DNA of 62,525 nucleotides, filler included, from Choristocarpus tenellus KU-1152 (Eukaryota; Protista; Phaeophyceae): NCBI GenBank assembly GCA_964200185.2. It is 11 parts of 11 records of this genome, joined end to end, with 100 filler letters (N's around TTAATTAATTAA, not from the genome) between each part and the next. Parts side by side here need not be neighbours in the genome. Positions count along the whole stretch, not along the records: positions 19,918 to 26,853 come from CAXNAD020007018.1; positions 26,954 to 31,477 come from CAXNAD020014161.1; positions 31,578 to 34,241 come from CAXNAD020025837.1; positions 34,342 to 42,054 come from CAXNAD020005703.1; 7 more parts are not named here. One strand, written 5' to 3'. Below the pieces are notes generated by a model. It was not told the DNA's origin, did not search any database, and was given only the letters and a program-made list of their open reading frames with translations. This document shows, one piece after another, positions 22,950 to 36,750 of this stretch. The number at the start of each line of letters is the position of its first letter. Position 1 is the stretch's first letter. A program made the translations under genes and the position numbers.

Positions 22950-23710
22950 CATCCAGATCCTGTGGACACATGATATCAAGGAAACACTTGACTAACACGA
23001 AAGCAAAACCTGACCCTTTTTTTCCTTCCTTCATGCCAACAACTTTAACCCTAACACCTTGACCGACAACCCCGTATGTGTACATAATAAATCCGACACA
23101 TGCAAGCAAAGAAACGAAATACTAAAATAAAAACAATCCATGGGATATTTTTTAGTTCCTCGTACACACACCAGAACAACAGGCCCTAACTGACAGTCCT
23201 CTTTGTTTACATGCCAGACACGACTCATGCAAGCAAATAAACGAAAAAAATAACCTCGAAACAGTCAATGGTCTTGTTTTCAATTCCTCGTGCTAACACT
23301 GGGACAACACACCCTAACCGACAGCCCTCGTTATGTGCCAACCAAATCCTACTCATGCGATCAAACAAACCAATAACTAACCCTAAAAACAACCAGTGAC
23401 ATATCTCTTGTTCTTCATCCTAACTACACGACCAATATACACCAACCAATAAGCCTGTTCGAAAACATTCGAAATCCGACACATGCAAAACGTCGAAACT
23501 CCTAACCAAGCCCAATAAATGGTGGCATATATTATTCCATTTCTCGTGCGTACGAAAGGACAGAAGGGAATCTAACCAACAGTATCCTTTCTTTTTACTA
23601 CGTTTCAAATCCGACACGTGCAACCAAATCACACCAAAATGTGAAAATCGAAAAAAGGGTAAAAAACGGACGCCGGCACCCCCCCCCCCCCCTCCCGGAT
23701 ACTTGGACCC
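22950..23710. mobile_element. End of a larger A'-family DNA element with ~127-bp degenerate subterminal tandem repeats
   Basis: An aaatccgacacatgcaa-like core recurs at ~23090, 23219, 23345, 23472 and 23607. The element terminates cccggatacttggaccc. Its last ~100 bp match 31378-31477 inverted. Confidence 0.7.
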
Positions 23711-24249
23711 TTAGCTTTAATCAATCACTCTACAGTCATCAAGCAATCTCGCTGGTTTATCACCTTTATCCTCTTGGATGATTTGGGCGATACTTTAAAC
23801 ACAATATATTGAACCTTAGATTTCAAATCCATCAGTTCATCTTGTCTACACAAGGAGATGCGATTCTACGTGTTCCTGCCGAATGCCCATCTATTCAAGA
23901 ATATTGGGGGAACCTGTTCCTGCCGAGGGCCCATCTGTCCAAGAATTCGGACAGCTTATGGCGACGGTAGCGGATCTGTCAAGAAACGTTGACTAACTCA
24001 TGTTGCAGTCTGATAGAGTTGGCGACGGAAATAATCCTGTCGCCCAGAGGCCGCTGTGCCCAGCACACGGCCTCCGCCTGGGCACGTACCAGTCGAAGTG
24101 GGTCCTACGGAGCCCATGTTGAGGGAAAATTTCCCAGAGAGGGGAAACAGTCTGGATGCTGTGAGCGTCAGAGGTGGGGCGACTCGGAGGCCCGCTTCTT
24201 CGGAAAGTCTGTGGCCAGGAGCGCATATTGTTCGCCCTAAGACAAAGAG

Positions 24250-26853
24250 ACAAGGACCCAACCACCAAAATTATTGGATGACTCGGACTAGCCGGACTGG
24301 AGGAGGCGTTTCATCGTGCATTGCCGATATACCCACTGCCTGGGGGCATTGAAAAGTGAAAGATCAGTCAACCAGGAACGCTCATACGAGGAACTTCTTT
24401 AGAATGGCTTGAGTGCGAATGATATCTGGATGTCGAAGAGGTTTACCGTGCGCTTACTGTTGCTCTTGTCGCACCCACCACCAGGGCTCTATGCTATACG
24501 CACCAAAGCCCGAGCGAGCTTTTCCGAGCAATAGATGATTGGTTAATTCCTAATACAGTGGGTAATAGCCAACATTTGTTCCGTGAGTTTTTCTCTTCAA
24601 AGGTGGAGAATGGGGCAAATCCGATCCTGACCTTTAACCACTTGGAGAGGCTAGGGGGTAGGATGCTATCAATGGACCTGGTCGTCTCGGACAAGCTGCT
24701 GCTCCTACAGTTTCTGAGTGCTCTCGGATCAGATTACGATACCAAGATACACGCATGATGGCGTCGCAGAGGACACTATGTCGAGCAGATGCAGAGAAAA
24801 TTGCTAGAGAGCGATATGCTTCCCTTCATGAGGGTAAGGACTCAAGACACAAGAACAGGCACGCTTTGGCTGTTAGCAGCTCATCACAGGGGAAGAGCGA
24901 GTCTCATCCGTAACGCCCAAGGTCGTGGGGTCGAACGTAAATTTAAGGGTGGAAAAAAGAAAAATGGTTCCAATTCCAGCCCTAAAAGTTTCGGGAAGAT
25001 TCCTTGTGATAGGTGTGGTAAGAATGGACACGAGAAGGGAGGTTGCCCAAACCCATTTTCTCCAAGTGTAGTGAACGTGCCAATGATGCTACAACATATA
25101 GTTCGGTGTTCTTGACTATGGTTGAGTCTGGGAAAGAAAGAACGAGAACGAGGCGAAACCTTCTCACATTTCTGTGGAGAGTGCGACCAGCTGCGACGAC
25201 AAAGAGCGGTACGCACTACTGGCCGCCACTGAGGACTCTCCGAGCAGCAATGCTCCAGGCAAGTGTAGAGAAAACGAATGTTTGGTGTCAAGTATTGGGG
25301 TTCGCCGCGAGAAAGAAGAATGGATTTTTTGCAGTGCGGCTTCATGTCACATGACAAACATGATAACATACATGACAAACTACAAGCCTTATGTAGGAGA
25401 TCGAAGGGTAGTCTCTCCCAGTCAATAGTCCTTTCACATCGCTGGTGTCATGGTGATATTACAATCTTGTTTCCCTCATGTGACAACAAAGAGGTAGAGG
25501 TATGCTCCTCCAAAATGTCGCCCATATGTCCCAGATCTTGGATTCAATCTTTTTTCTTGCCAAGCTGCAGCTGATATGGGGATGTGAAATGCACTTGCAC
25601 ATCCAGTACATTTTCGTTACTAGGTGGTAAACCTTTCTTCACAAGATATCCTGGTTGTCATTATACCCTCCATGGTTGACACACATTGCTGCGACCACCT
25701 TGAAATGCTGAAGTTGCTTTGAAGGTCACTATAGCCCCCTTACTTGCACCTCACGCTCCCCACACGGAGACCGACTTTAACCTCTTCCTTCGCTCTTATA
25801 GCTACGCACACGAGGCAATGTTCAAGTCCACCGCCACTTCAATACGCATTACATTGGTGGGTGAGCTGACATTGGTGGGTGAGCTGGAGCCATGTGCGGG
25901 CTGCTCTATGAGCAAGGGCATACGGTAGGGTGTTCGGTCCAGCATGTCTACAAGGGCGGTAAGAAAGCTGGATCGGATTTTTGTCGATCTAAGTGGGAAG
26001 AGGGCTACCCTTTCAATCTGTGGTAAACAATACACCATGATAATCTGGGACGACTATTCTCGTTTGGTGTAGTTGTATTTCCTTCGTGCTAAGTCGGATG
26101 CCGCCGAAGCCTTCAAGAAGTACCTGGCCGATATTCGGGCTGATGGTACTCCCTCTCGGGTCATGTGTGTGCGGTCTGATAATGGGGGGGAATTTTATGA
26201 GGGTGCTTTCGGCGCTCTTTGTCGTGATCGTGGGATATAATAGGAGTTCACACCTGCAGACAACCCTCAATTTAATGGGGTTGCGGAACGTATACTGGGT
26301 ATTATTGATGAAGCTTCATTAGCTGCCTGCAATTATTCAAGCTCCATTACCTTTTCCCCATGTCACCATCCCCAAGACAGACTCTCTATGGGCTGAAGCT
26401 CAACACGATGTGAGTCAAAGTACCTAGGAGAGTATAACCACGTCCATTTGGGGGTCAAAATCCAATGTTGAGATTTTGATGTCATTTTGGTTTATCATGT
26501 TTGTTAAGAAGTGTCAATATCCTTGTTCCGGACACACCTTTTCATAATGTATACATTTTACCTACTCCGAAACATTTTGGAGTAGGAAAATGTCTTAAAA
26601 AGAGACCATTGGAAGCCAAGCCCCAAATAGACAAACAAGAAAAAACTCGTACCCTCTAAGGTTATTTCACTCTGTTTGTGACTTGCGCAATCGCACATCG
26701 ACCACGGCTAACCCAGGTTGTAAATCACCATATGAAATATGTGGTATGGCACCACTGCACCCCTGTTGACCCTACCAATTTCTTCAACCCGGTTTTTGCC
26801 GTCTTAGTAAAACCCGTAAGACTTTCCAAAAGGCTCAATAGTGTTTTTACCTG
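24250..26853 (+). mobile_element. Degenerate Ty1/copia LTR retrotransposon (gag, Zn-knuckle, protease, GAG-pre-integrase, integrase)
   Basis: CDRCGKNGHEKGGC zinc knuckle (~25005); WIFCSAASCHMT decayed protease; ELEPCAGCSMSKG; integrase RIFVDLSG..IWDDYSR..VRSDNGGEF..FTPADNPQFNGVAER..LWAEA. Multiple stops and frameshifts; the 5' boundary is approximate. Confidence 0.92.
26412..26672. mobile_element. MITE family B inserted in the copia integrase
   Basis: gagtcaaagtacctagg...ctcgtaccctctaaggttatttcactc; integrase coding resumes after it (NRT.TTANPGCKSPYE). Confidence 0.85.
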
Positions 26854-26953
26854 NNNNNNNNNNNNNNNNNNNNNNNNNNNNNNNNNNNNNNNNNNNNTTA
26901 ATTAATTAANNNNNNNNNNNNNNNNNNNNNNNNNNNNNNNNNNNNNNNNNNNN

Positions 26954-27064
26954 TTTTCCCAACGACACATAAAAACAAATAACCAAAAAATCGTGAAATG
27001 GAAAGATGGGCCGGGCCCCAAATGGACAGCCAACCCCCCCCCCCCCTCCCAGATATTTGGAGCC
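26954..27064. mobile_element. MITE family A right end at contig edge
   Basis: ccccaaatggacagccaacccc...ctcccagatatttggagcc matches 2270-2320. Confidence 0.7.
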
Positions 27065-30000
27065 GGTTTGATTACAGTTATTGTGTACTCATAGTTCTCT
27101 CTCTCTCTCCCTCTCTCTCTCTCTCTTGAGGAATGCCACACCTTGGGGCATTGTGCCAGCACACCCACTTCAATGTTTGGATATATTCAAAGACTTGATA
27201 GAAAAAGTTCAAGATCGGGATGTCGTGTCTGTGCTGCTGGTACAACAGCATTCACCCCTGTTTACATATTGCTCACATGCCATGCCTGTAAGAAAGAGGT
27301 CATGCTTGCTCCATGAGTGCGATCTTGACTCATGATGCCTAACAAGGTACTCTAACATATTTTGCGTTTGGCACTGTACCTATTGTACACTCACTAAGAA
27401 CCAAGGTAGGATGAAGGAGACACTGTAGAAGATTAAGATTCCTATCCAATTCCTTTCTCACCCATTAAAAGTGCATTACATTATGATATTTATTTCACTC
27501 CTTGACACAACTTGCCGTTTTCTCAACATCCCCATTCAGCCATTCGCTTGATTTAGCTCGATGGGGCACTTTCATTATGCCATGTTGGGATGGCCTTCGA
27601 GCAATCGCTCCCACACACCCTTATCTTGTTGCAGAATGTGGTCACTTCAAAGCTTGCGATGCTGAGGGAGTTTGTAAGAGGTGTCACCCTTGCATCACAA
27701 AGTATACAACCCAACAGTGAGCTGCAACAACAGCAACAGCATCAGCATCAGACTGGAGGGGATGTGGAGGAGGTAGATCAACATTGTTCCTCTCAACAAG
27801 GAGATGAACCATGATCCACTGTCATCCTTGTGATGTTACTCTTTCTTCTTAAAGAAGTAGTTAGTGGGCACTTCACAATTGCAAATATTTGAGGGAATTA
27901 AGACTCCGAGTGATAATCTCACTTATGAGTGATGTTCTGTTGTGTTGGTTTTGCAACTCAAGCGAGGCCTTTGGCCCACATCAAGGCATCGCACATGAAT
28001 TGGTTTGAAGAGGGAACACGAGTCTGTACGTAGAAGCAGTAATGATATATCATCACAATATAAAAAGAGCATTACCACCATGCACCCTGCACAGATATAC
28101 AAACCCCTTCCTTCCTCCTACTAGCAGGAACACTGTGGATACCCACTTGCGACAAGCGATCAACTCACGTTTTCACTCCTTGTGCTATACTTAGTAGCTA
28201 CCTGGGAATTTATCTCTCACTTTTTTGTCGCTCAGAACACAAGAAGGAGCGCCTATTTTTGTTTCGACCTCCTGGGATTAAGGTCGGGTATCAAGCACTC
28301 TTGCTCATTACACAAAAAGGGGTAAAAAAGTGGATGCAAAAGCCACAAGACCTCGACAAGCACAGTAAAATAGTTCAAGAAAATTGCCATCCGCCAGATG
28401 AAACACAGTCGTTTGGGGCTAGTGGGCACAACCTACCATGCAGGTGTGTTTTGAACTTAAGTAAAACAAGCATGTGCGCGAGAGTGACCAGAATTAGTGT
28501 ATGCATTTTGACATAACCGATAGCAGGTAGTTGGTCGGGTTTTAGAACAGAAGCACTTTTTTCCATTATTGCATTTCAAATATATGGAGCTCAAATAAGC
28601 ATGTATATCATACACATACACATGGATTTGTTTATACAAAAAGTTAGAACTTAGTAGTGCTGCTAGCATCTGGCGGGCATCTTATGTACATGAGCGTTGT
28701 TTGCCAGGAGTTGCCAGACCAATATTCGAATCTCTCATAGCAGAGCTCCAGTGAAGTCATTCTCAAGGGATTTTCCCCTGTAGGCTAGAGTTTTCGCAAG
28801 ACTTCTGTTGTTGGTGTGCTGGATCATTCTGTCATTGCTTCCACGAGTACTGACTCAAAATGATCTGGAATCAGGTCTACTTTTCGAACACCAAGCCTAA
28901 ATGTTCAAATCAGGGAATCAAAGGATATTTTATTTTATTTTTTACTATGTTGAAGAAACAGTAGAACCAGGTATTATTGAGTGTGGAGCATGCAATCTTG
29001 AAGTCACACCCAAATTGCCCTGAAATATTCATAGGACTCATCCAGTTTAGGTTTAATGACAAGACGGATATTACTTGACGTTTTCAACTAGGGGTGCTGT
29101 ATGCTACTCTTCCTGAAACAGTACAGTTAGGTGCCAATTACCACTGCCCAATGTTAAAACACCACACTAAGCACCCGGTCTGTGGAAATGCTCCTGATTT
29201 TTCTTAGGGATCAAGGTTGTGTGGGCGATAGGAGGAGAGGGAATATGCTGCGACATTGCCCTGATGACCCCTCGTATTCCGTTTATGTTTCTTTGAGCAT
29301 CCTGTGACTTCCCTCAAAAATTGTCACACTGCACACCACGTGGTAGGAACACAGATACCCGTCGATATTGCAGTAGAGATGTACCTTTCTCTTTTCTCTG
29401 AAATAGAAGTATGTACTTAAACAGTAAAGGTGGCCTCCTGGGTTGGTTGGACATTGTTCCACACACTCCGTATAATAATACATACAATAAATCTAATAAT
29501 ACTATAGTGTCGGATAAAAGTAGATGGTCTCTATTTAGATAAAGTGCAGTTGTGGACAGGGAGTAGGGAAGGTTGGAGCAGAAAGTATCATAATAATGAA
29601 AACAAGTTGATTGCAGATCACTCGCAGCCCAGTTGATGCGTTTGTCTCATTCAAGGGTTAGTGGAAACCGCGCCCATACCTAGAAGCAGCAGCTTTCAAA
29701 CAAAAGTGAACCTGTTAGTGGTGGTGTGGTCACCAGGGCCTGTATGTTACGTGTGTCTGCACCAGACTAAGATAGTGGGTTCCCACCCAGCAGCATCCCA
29801 GACTGAACAGTATGCCAGGAGACGTGTTGCCATCACGTCCCCTGACTTGTTTCTTTATCACAACATGAAACTATCGTGTCTAGGAAAAGACACCAAACAC
29901 AGGACGTAGTCCGTATCTGATTTCTTGCAGGACATACGTCACTGGACAATGCTATTCAGACCAGACCCTGTCTGTGGATCCATGGGGACAAAGACAAGGG

Positions 30001-30532
30001 TGGTTTCTATCACCACTTGCCCTGTCCTACCACCGGTGGTGTCTACAGTACATGAGGTGCACTCGCGATAAACAGGGTGAAACTAACCAGTCACCTGCTG
30101 CATCCCTGTGAAGAGATGGAGTGAAAATGCAATGCGTTGCCTAAATGAGTGAGTGTCTACACAGCCTACAGCTTAAGAGTTATTGCTGCCAATGGACCAT
30201 AAATCCCAAACCCCAACCCGTACAGGGTCTTCAGCAGACATACCCTAATGGACGTCTTCAGCCCTCGCCACTTCCAATCAACCTTTCCCCTGCAGGTGAA
30301 AATGGTCACGGCTGGGGGGGCATATACGAAAAAGAAGAAAGAAAATTCCAAGAATTTTTTTCCAATTTGAATCCCATCTCAGTCCTCTTTATTCAAATGT
30401 GTAGGATATCCATTCCCTCCCATGCCCGTCTGCCCCAACCATGCAATGCATCTTCAGGTTCAGATGGACCCCCAGGTTAGCCAAAGCACTCAATTCTCAT
30501 TCATCAATCGGCCTCATAGGACCACAATATGC

Positions 30533-31003
30533 CTCTATCATCGCATCCAGAAGTCGCTGGTTGCTGCTGGCAATACTTTCCTGAGTCATCAAGATCACCA
30601 GGTGGAGTGAGGGGTGTTGGTTCAGGCCCAATGCTAGGGTCATTCAGTTCTTAGAGTAGGGGTCATTATTCTATTAAGGTTGTGATCAGATTCAGGGGCT
30701 GAGGACCCCCCACAGACTTGGCGTCCTCTTCCTTTTCCCATCTCACCGCATTTGTTGCCCTCGAAAGCAATGCTAGGTTCTCCTCCTCCAGGGTTCCTAT
30801 CCGCTCGAACCAACTCTTTTCAATGTTTGTCCTGGCGACAGAGGATTTACATTTAGGTGAGGAGCAGGAGGAAGTGTATGTAAAGCAATCGGGATGAGCG
30901 GAAGGATGGCAGATGGGAAAGGAAGTCTAATCAATCCTCATTATAGTCTCATGTATCACCTGTTCCTCCTTAGTTGATCCAGCTCTTCCTCAGCCGCATT
31001 TTG
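30533..31003 (-). CDS. Unknown coiled-coil protein, three exons, partial
   Basis: Exons 31003-30960 (aag|...AG|gtgata), 30831-30747 (cag|...GCG|gtgaga) and from 30580 (cag|GAA) join in phase: QNAAEEELDQLRRNRTNIEKSWFERIGTLEEENLALLSRATNAESIASSNQRLLDAMIE. The end of the third exon is uncertain. Confidence 0.55.
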
Positions 31004-31377
31004 CTTGGAAATGTTTGAGAGTTAGTGTAGTCGTATAGCACAATGATCAGCATTGCACCATGAGATAAAAGTAAGATAGAAACAAACACACGTGGACAGG
31101 GTTGTTGTCAAAGTTGCTTCGATTCAAGATCAAGATGCAACATACATGATGATGGTGACCAATGACATCAGTACTATGGTCACACCAATATAGTTTGACC
31201 ATAACTGATGAGGGGAAGATTAGTGGGTATTTCGGGTGGGATAGAGAGCTCCTGACCATTGCCCTTGCATTTATGGACATGCCTGTGCATGGCTGTATCC
31301 TAACTGCAAACATGGTCAGGGATGTGGACCTGGAATAGCTTTGTCAATGTCCTGATTGGCTGGAATTATGCCAAAAA

Positions 31378-31477
31378 GGGTCAAAGTATCAGGGGGGGGG
31401 GGGGGTGTCGGCGTCCGCTTTTCACCCTTTTTTCGAATTTCACTTTTTGGTGTGTTTTGTTTGCACGTGTCAGATTT
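31378..31477. mobile_element. Family A' element end running into a spacer
   Basis: gggtcaaagtatcagggg...gcgtccgcttttcacccttttttcg...ttgcacgtgtcagattt, an inverted match to 23605-23710. Confidence 0.8.
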
Positions 31478-31577
31478 NNNNNNNNNNNNNNNNNNNNNNN
31501 NNNNNNNNNNNNNNNNNNNNNTTAATTAATTAANNNNNNNNNNNNNNNNNNNNNNNNNNNNNNNNNNNNNNNNNNNN

Positions 31578-31678
31578 AAACATATCGGAGTAGGAAAAAG
31601 TAATAAAACACCTGTGGAAAGCCAAGTCCCATATGGACAAACAGGGCAAAAATCGTACCCTCTAAGATACTTTCACTC
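31578..31678. mobile_element. Partial MITE family B at contig edge
   Basis: ggacaaacagggcaaaaatcgtaccctctaagatactttcactc. Confidence 0.85.
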
Positions 31679-32314
31679 TAGCAACGGGAATGAACTCGTG
31701 GATTCTGGAGGGGTAGACCCTAGGACACCCCAAGGGTAAGGCGAGGCCTCCATCGCAGCTAGACACACTCCAGTGTAGCCTGTGCGTCCTGTAATTACCG
31801 GAACGAGGGATTAGCCCTGGAAGGCTAGGCATAGTGAAGCATATGGTCACCATATCCTTCCGAAATCACACATTTGCATCGAAATCAGAGACACGCGGTG
31901 TTCACCAGTTACACCGTAGCTCGGAACTGGTGACGCAAACGTCCTTCCCTTAAGAGCTGGACGAAATCTAACCACAAATATCGTGTTCTCCGATATGTCA
32001 ACTACGATATGTATCGGAAATAAGAGATAATCCTTTCTGTTTCTGTTTCCAATCCCAACCCTAACCCTATGCCTCAACCCCAACACCATCCCTGACCCTT
32101 AAAATCCCGAAACTATGCCAACACATGTTTCGCTCTCCCTTCATCCACTCGCCTCGTGTAGTTTCTGGCATACTTTACTGTACGACAAAGTATGACATTA
32201 GTTGCGGCGGTCCACATAACGACTTATTTGAACGTACACTCCTACAATCCATCGTCCTCGATTTTCCAACAACTCAAGCGCAATCTCATATCCCCTGTAG
32301 AGAAGGAGGTACAA

Positions 32315-32570
32315 AGCCAACGTATCTTAGAGGGTAGGGCAGCGTCCATTTGGGGGCCAAAATCCAATGTTGCGATTTTGACGTAATTTTGGCTATTGTG
32401 TTTGTTAAGAAAAGTCAATATCCTTGTTCCGGACACACCTTTTCATAACGTGTACATCTTACCTATGCCGAAACATTTCGAGTAGGAAAGTGTCATAAAC
32501 AAATCATGGGAAGCCAAGACCCAAACGGACAAACAGGACAAAATTCTTACCTTCTAAGATACTTTCACTC
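32315..32570. mobile_element. MITE family B
   Basis: agccaacgtatcttagagggtagg...cttctaagatactttcactc, flanked by acaa (32311-32314) and acaa (32571-32574). Confidence 0.88.
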
Positions 32571-32759
32571 ACAAACAATGGTATGTGCTTCTGGGGATAT
32601 ATGTAGACCTACACCACATGAAACGTACGGTATCCCTTCCACCAAAATCCCATCCTACACAATAGTTTACTGTACGACAGAACACGTCAATTGTAGTACA
32701 TACATACGCTAATATTTTCGGAGGTGACACCCACCAAACATTTGTCAACCGTTTTCCAA

Positions 32760-34241
32760 AAAATCAGATCAAAGCATATGCTCTGCCATACGACAATCTA
32801 CCTCAATTGACTTCTTCCTACGTGCTTCATGGGATGTATTCATAACCTTTTTCATATGGCTTGGGTGCCAATGTATGTTAGCTCGTTGAATGATACGATT
32901 TGTAGTGAAGTCTAGGACGCGGAAAGTGCCACGGGGTTGATTTTCAGATATACCAACCAAGATACACTGTTGTCCACGACTCTCAAGCTTATGTCCAGGA
33001 CTAGACTTGTAGTATCCAGGGGTACCAAATGCTGAGACGTTCACTAGGGATCCAATTTCCCCATACAAAGCTCTGTAAGGGGAAGTCCCCTTATTGGCGA
33101 CAGTTGCACTTCTGTTGAGGATGTAAGCTGAATGGTTGTATGCCTCTCCCCATAACCACATTTTGTCCTCCAATCCTGCAGAATAAATGCTGGCCTTGGC
33201 ACCACTATCCACTTGCGCGATGCGACGTTCGACCACACCATTATACTGGGGTTCCCCTGTCCTGGTCATTTCCTGTACCGCACCCATTTCCGTAACCAAT
33301 TCCTGGAATTCCTCCCCTGCCACTCACCCCCTGGATCATGTCGAATATATTTAATGCGTCATCCACTTGGAAGTACTTCTGTCATAAACCATCGCCTAAG
33401 AGTTGTTGTAGCATAGCTCTTCTTTGGGAGTAGTCGAATCCAGGTCAAGCGAGTTGCATCATCGACAATTGCCAGGGCGTACTCAGCCCCACCGCGTTAT
33501 TTAACTTTCTTCGGTCCTGTGAGGTCAATAAAGACGCGAGTGAAGGGCCCCCTAGCACGTGCAGTGGTGGATTTTGGGACAGAGTCTTCTATTCTAATCC
33601 CTTTTGCGCACCCTATGCACTTTGTTGACGCTAAATTTCCTGTCAGTGTGATTCCTTGTTCCTTAGCAGTGTGTCGAAGAAATTTCTCACCAGCGTGGTT
33701 GAGGATGCGATGGAAAACAGTAATGTGCATGGGTGTTGTAGATACAGTTGCGACCAAAGGTATTTCATCTGGGGGTGGTAACCTTTCGGCGTTAGCTGTA
33801 CACATGGTTCCATTCCACTTGAAAACGAGCGGAAAACCTTCCCCATCACTGATATGATACTCATCACCAATTAATTTGATACTCACTTCCTTAGCCCTAG
33901 CAGCAGAATGTGAAGAGAGAAGATTGAAAGCTACTTTCGGGACATATGCAACAGACGTCAAAATTACATGCACCCACTCATCACGGCCAACATTGAAATT
34001 TAAATCAATCTTGCCTTACACCCCATAATGGGTAGTGATGTTCTGTCAGCCACGGTCATGTTGTGGCCCTGTAGACATGGAGCGAAGTCATACATGTACT
34101 TTGAGTCATTTGTTACACTGTTGGAAGCACCCGAATCAAAACTCCACGTTTCCAAAGCATTCAATCTCACCTTGCCATTATCAGCCACAGTGGCTAACAT
34201 GGTCTTGAACTTCCTTCCAGTTTTAGTCGGTTCCTCTGATC
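32760..34241 (-). mobile_element. Degenerate Ty1/copia pol (protease, GAG-pre-integrase, integrase)
   Basis: WSFDSGASNSVT protease; FHRILNHAGEKFLRHTAKEQGITLTG..CIGCAKG; RVFIDLTGP..AIVDDATR; EPQYNGVVERR; LWGEAYNHSAYILNRSATVANKGTSPY. Broken by stops and frameshifts. Confidence 0.93.
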
Positions 34242-34341
34242 NNNNNNNNNNNNNNNNNNNNNNNNNNNNNNNNNNNNNNNNNNNNTTAATTAATTAANNN
34301 NNNNNNNNNNNNNNNNNNNNNNNNNNNNNNNNNNNNNNNNN

Positions 34342-34359
34342 CCCCAGATACTTTGACCC
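34342..34359. mobile_element. Family A' terminus at contig edge
   Basis: ccccagatactttgaccc. Confidence 0.6.
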
Positions 34360-35049
34360 CGTCGTCTTTTGGCATGTGGATGTTTCCCTGTATGCTATGG
34401 TCGCTCCAAAGGAGGCCCTTGCATGTAATTTACAATGCGATGGAGCAAACTATAGTCCTTCACTATCAGATACTCCGTTTTAAATAGAGTATATAATTGA
34501 TGAAATGGAGTACCACATGTTTGAAATATAATAGCCATGTGCAGGCTAGGTACTATTCTTGTGCAGCAGCACAGTGATCTGCTCCTTAATACAGAGGCAC
34601 AGCAGTGGGATTTGACGCTGTAGATGATAAAAGGGTCAAACACAGGGCACAATACACTTTTCATGATCGCCTTGTCCAATACAAAATAACACAAACGAGA
34701 GAAAAAGAGTGTCATTAGGTACGGGAGGTGAGTGAGGATGGGTGATGTTGGGGACTGCCCTGGTAGGTTTGATGAATTCGAGTTGGTTGTATTATCTTCT
34801 CTTCTTGCCATTCCAATCTAAACCCTCCACACATCACACTTTTGCTGGATAATCGACTTTCACAGATGGATAAACACAAGAAATGCATTATCCCGAAAAA
34901 ATGAAGGCCTACGTTATCATGGTCTAGCAAAATATATCCATTAGCATGTCATATCCCATACAGTACCATTCTAATACAAAGAGCACCATCACAGGTAGGA
35001 AACAAACAATATGAAGTGATCCTTGTGGAAGAGGTTCAAGTGGTCTGAG

Positions 35050-36750
35050 GTTTTATCGTTGTGCGTATTTGTCTTAACTCCCAGGCTCAAACCCACCCAC
35101 CTGCATTGCAGCACTTTCAATGGTCTTTGCCCGAGTTCGGCGCAGGACCCTTGGAACATATTCATCATATGAGAATCCCAACGACCTCTCCAATTTGTGC
35201 ATTTGGCGTTGCAGCCTTGATGGAGCAGGGGCCGTGATACCTCTAGCTGTGGTGGATGGGGTTAGTTCAAAGGACAAGATGTTTGTAATAGAAAAACATG
35301 CCGAGTCTGAAGACCCTGAAGCTGTCAGAGTGCAGCTGAGGGTTACCGTTGACACATCTTCCTGAGTAACCACACTTCGTGCACCGGAGGAAACGGCACT
35401 AGTGCCAACTCCTCCGAATTTGATCCTGGTGCCCCTTGTGGTAGTCTACGTCGGGCACGACAGGAGACCTTTCCACCGAGAGTACCAACCCGAGGCTGGT
35501 CTGAGCAGTTCGAGTCCGTCCCATCATTCTTCGCAGGGCAGTTACTAGGTGGGGTTAGGTGGCGTCAGGAAACAATTCAAAGGTGTGTGTCTAAAAGCGG
35601 AATAGCGAAAGATCTTCACTTCACATCGGTCTTGTGAATCACCTGTTCATCCTTCTCCTGGGTATATTGGGTTACCTCCCGCCCAAACGTTCGCCCCTCG
35701 GATAACTTCTTGCCGCTCGGGGCAGGTATCACTAGCCGGTCCACCTCGTCTGCTCTCCTTTTCGTACTGCGGAGATCACGGCAAGGTGGGGAACTTTCGA
35801 TCTGCATTGTACACCTGCCATGGGAGGGCACAAAGCGAGCTACAACTTTAGAAAATAAGATCCTGTATATACACAGTCCTGGACTGGGGTCAATAAGAGG
35901 TCAGTGGGCGAGTCCTTGCCTCTGTCGGAGCGAATCTAGAGCTGAGCAGGACAATTGCAGTCGCCCTGAAAGTAATAACCTTCACTCCAGCCAAGTCGCA
36001 ATAATATATGTTGAAAAGCAGGGGGCTTCTTCTACGTAGGGAATCAGGGCAAGGAATGAGTATGTTCTGCCAAAAACCAAAATGCTCCTACAGAATGTCA
36101 CTTTTGACGAATGATGGTGCTGGTGACGACTTTTTGTCGCAAGATTCACGGTTTCAAGGCGTTTCATATTCCTTACCCAAACAACTACACTGTAGGGCCT
36201 AACTCTATACTCAATATCCAAATCGATGCTGCTTCCTTGGCGCAACACTACGACTTTGATGAGCTTTGACAGGTGTCCAATAGCGCACTGGAGTTATGAT
36301 GTTGTATTACGGTTTTCATGATCTATAGAGCTCTATTAGGTTAGAGTACCTACCACTGTAAGACAACAGAATGAGATGGATAATGCCATACGTCGATACA
36401 CGTAGGAATTCTCTTGATATGCAAGTAGTAATAATGGTGGGGTCGACAAGTTTTCATCTCGTCATGTACGGAGCCTTCTGCGGAGCAAATGCTACGCCAG
36501 AGCTTCTGTCAAGTTGAACAATTTCCCATTGTGGAGGAGGTGGGTGGATCGAGATCCTGAGTATTTGAGCGTGACTGTGTGTACGGGAGTGCAACCGCGA
36601 CATTCGGAAAGGAATCGCCTTACCTAAGTCGTTATTGACTCTTTGTGGACCTTTCTTGGATGGCCCCGTTATTTCATAACGTGATAGATGTGACCTTCTT
36701 CCAAGCTCCATCTCATCTGCCCATGACCGACATCGCAAGTCGCATATCTA
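35050..36750 (-). mobile_element. Highly decayed copia-like pol relic
   Basis: Weak traces only: KKGPQRVNNDLG (compare the integrase RVFVDL), an SH3-region-like segment at ~36050-36200, and a linker ending EPGS where copia RT would begin. Confidence 0.35.

Noticed and set aside
27590-27814. Gln-rich plus-strand candidate exon (27636-27771)
   Set aside because: Splice sites are plausible on both strands, no phase-compatible partner exon was found, and the supported gene in this contig is on the minus strand.
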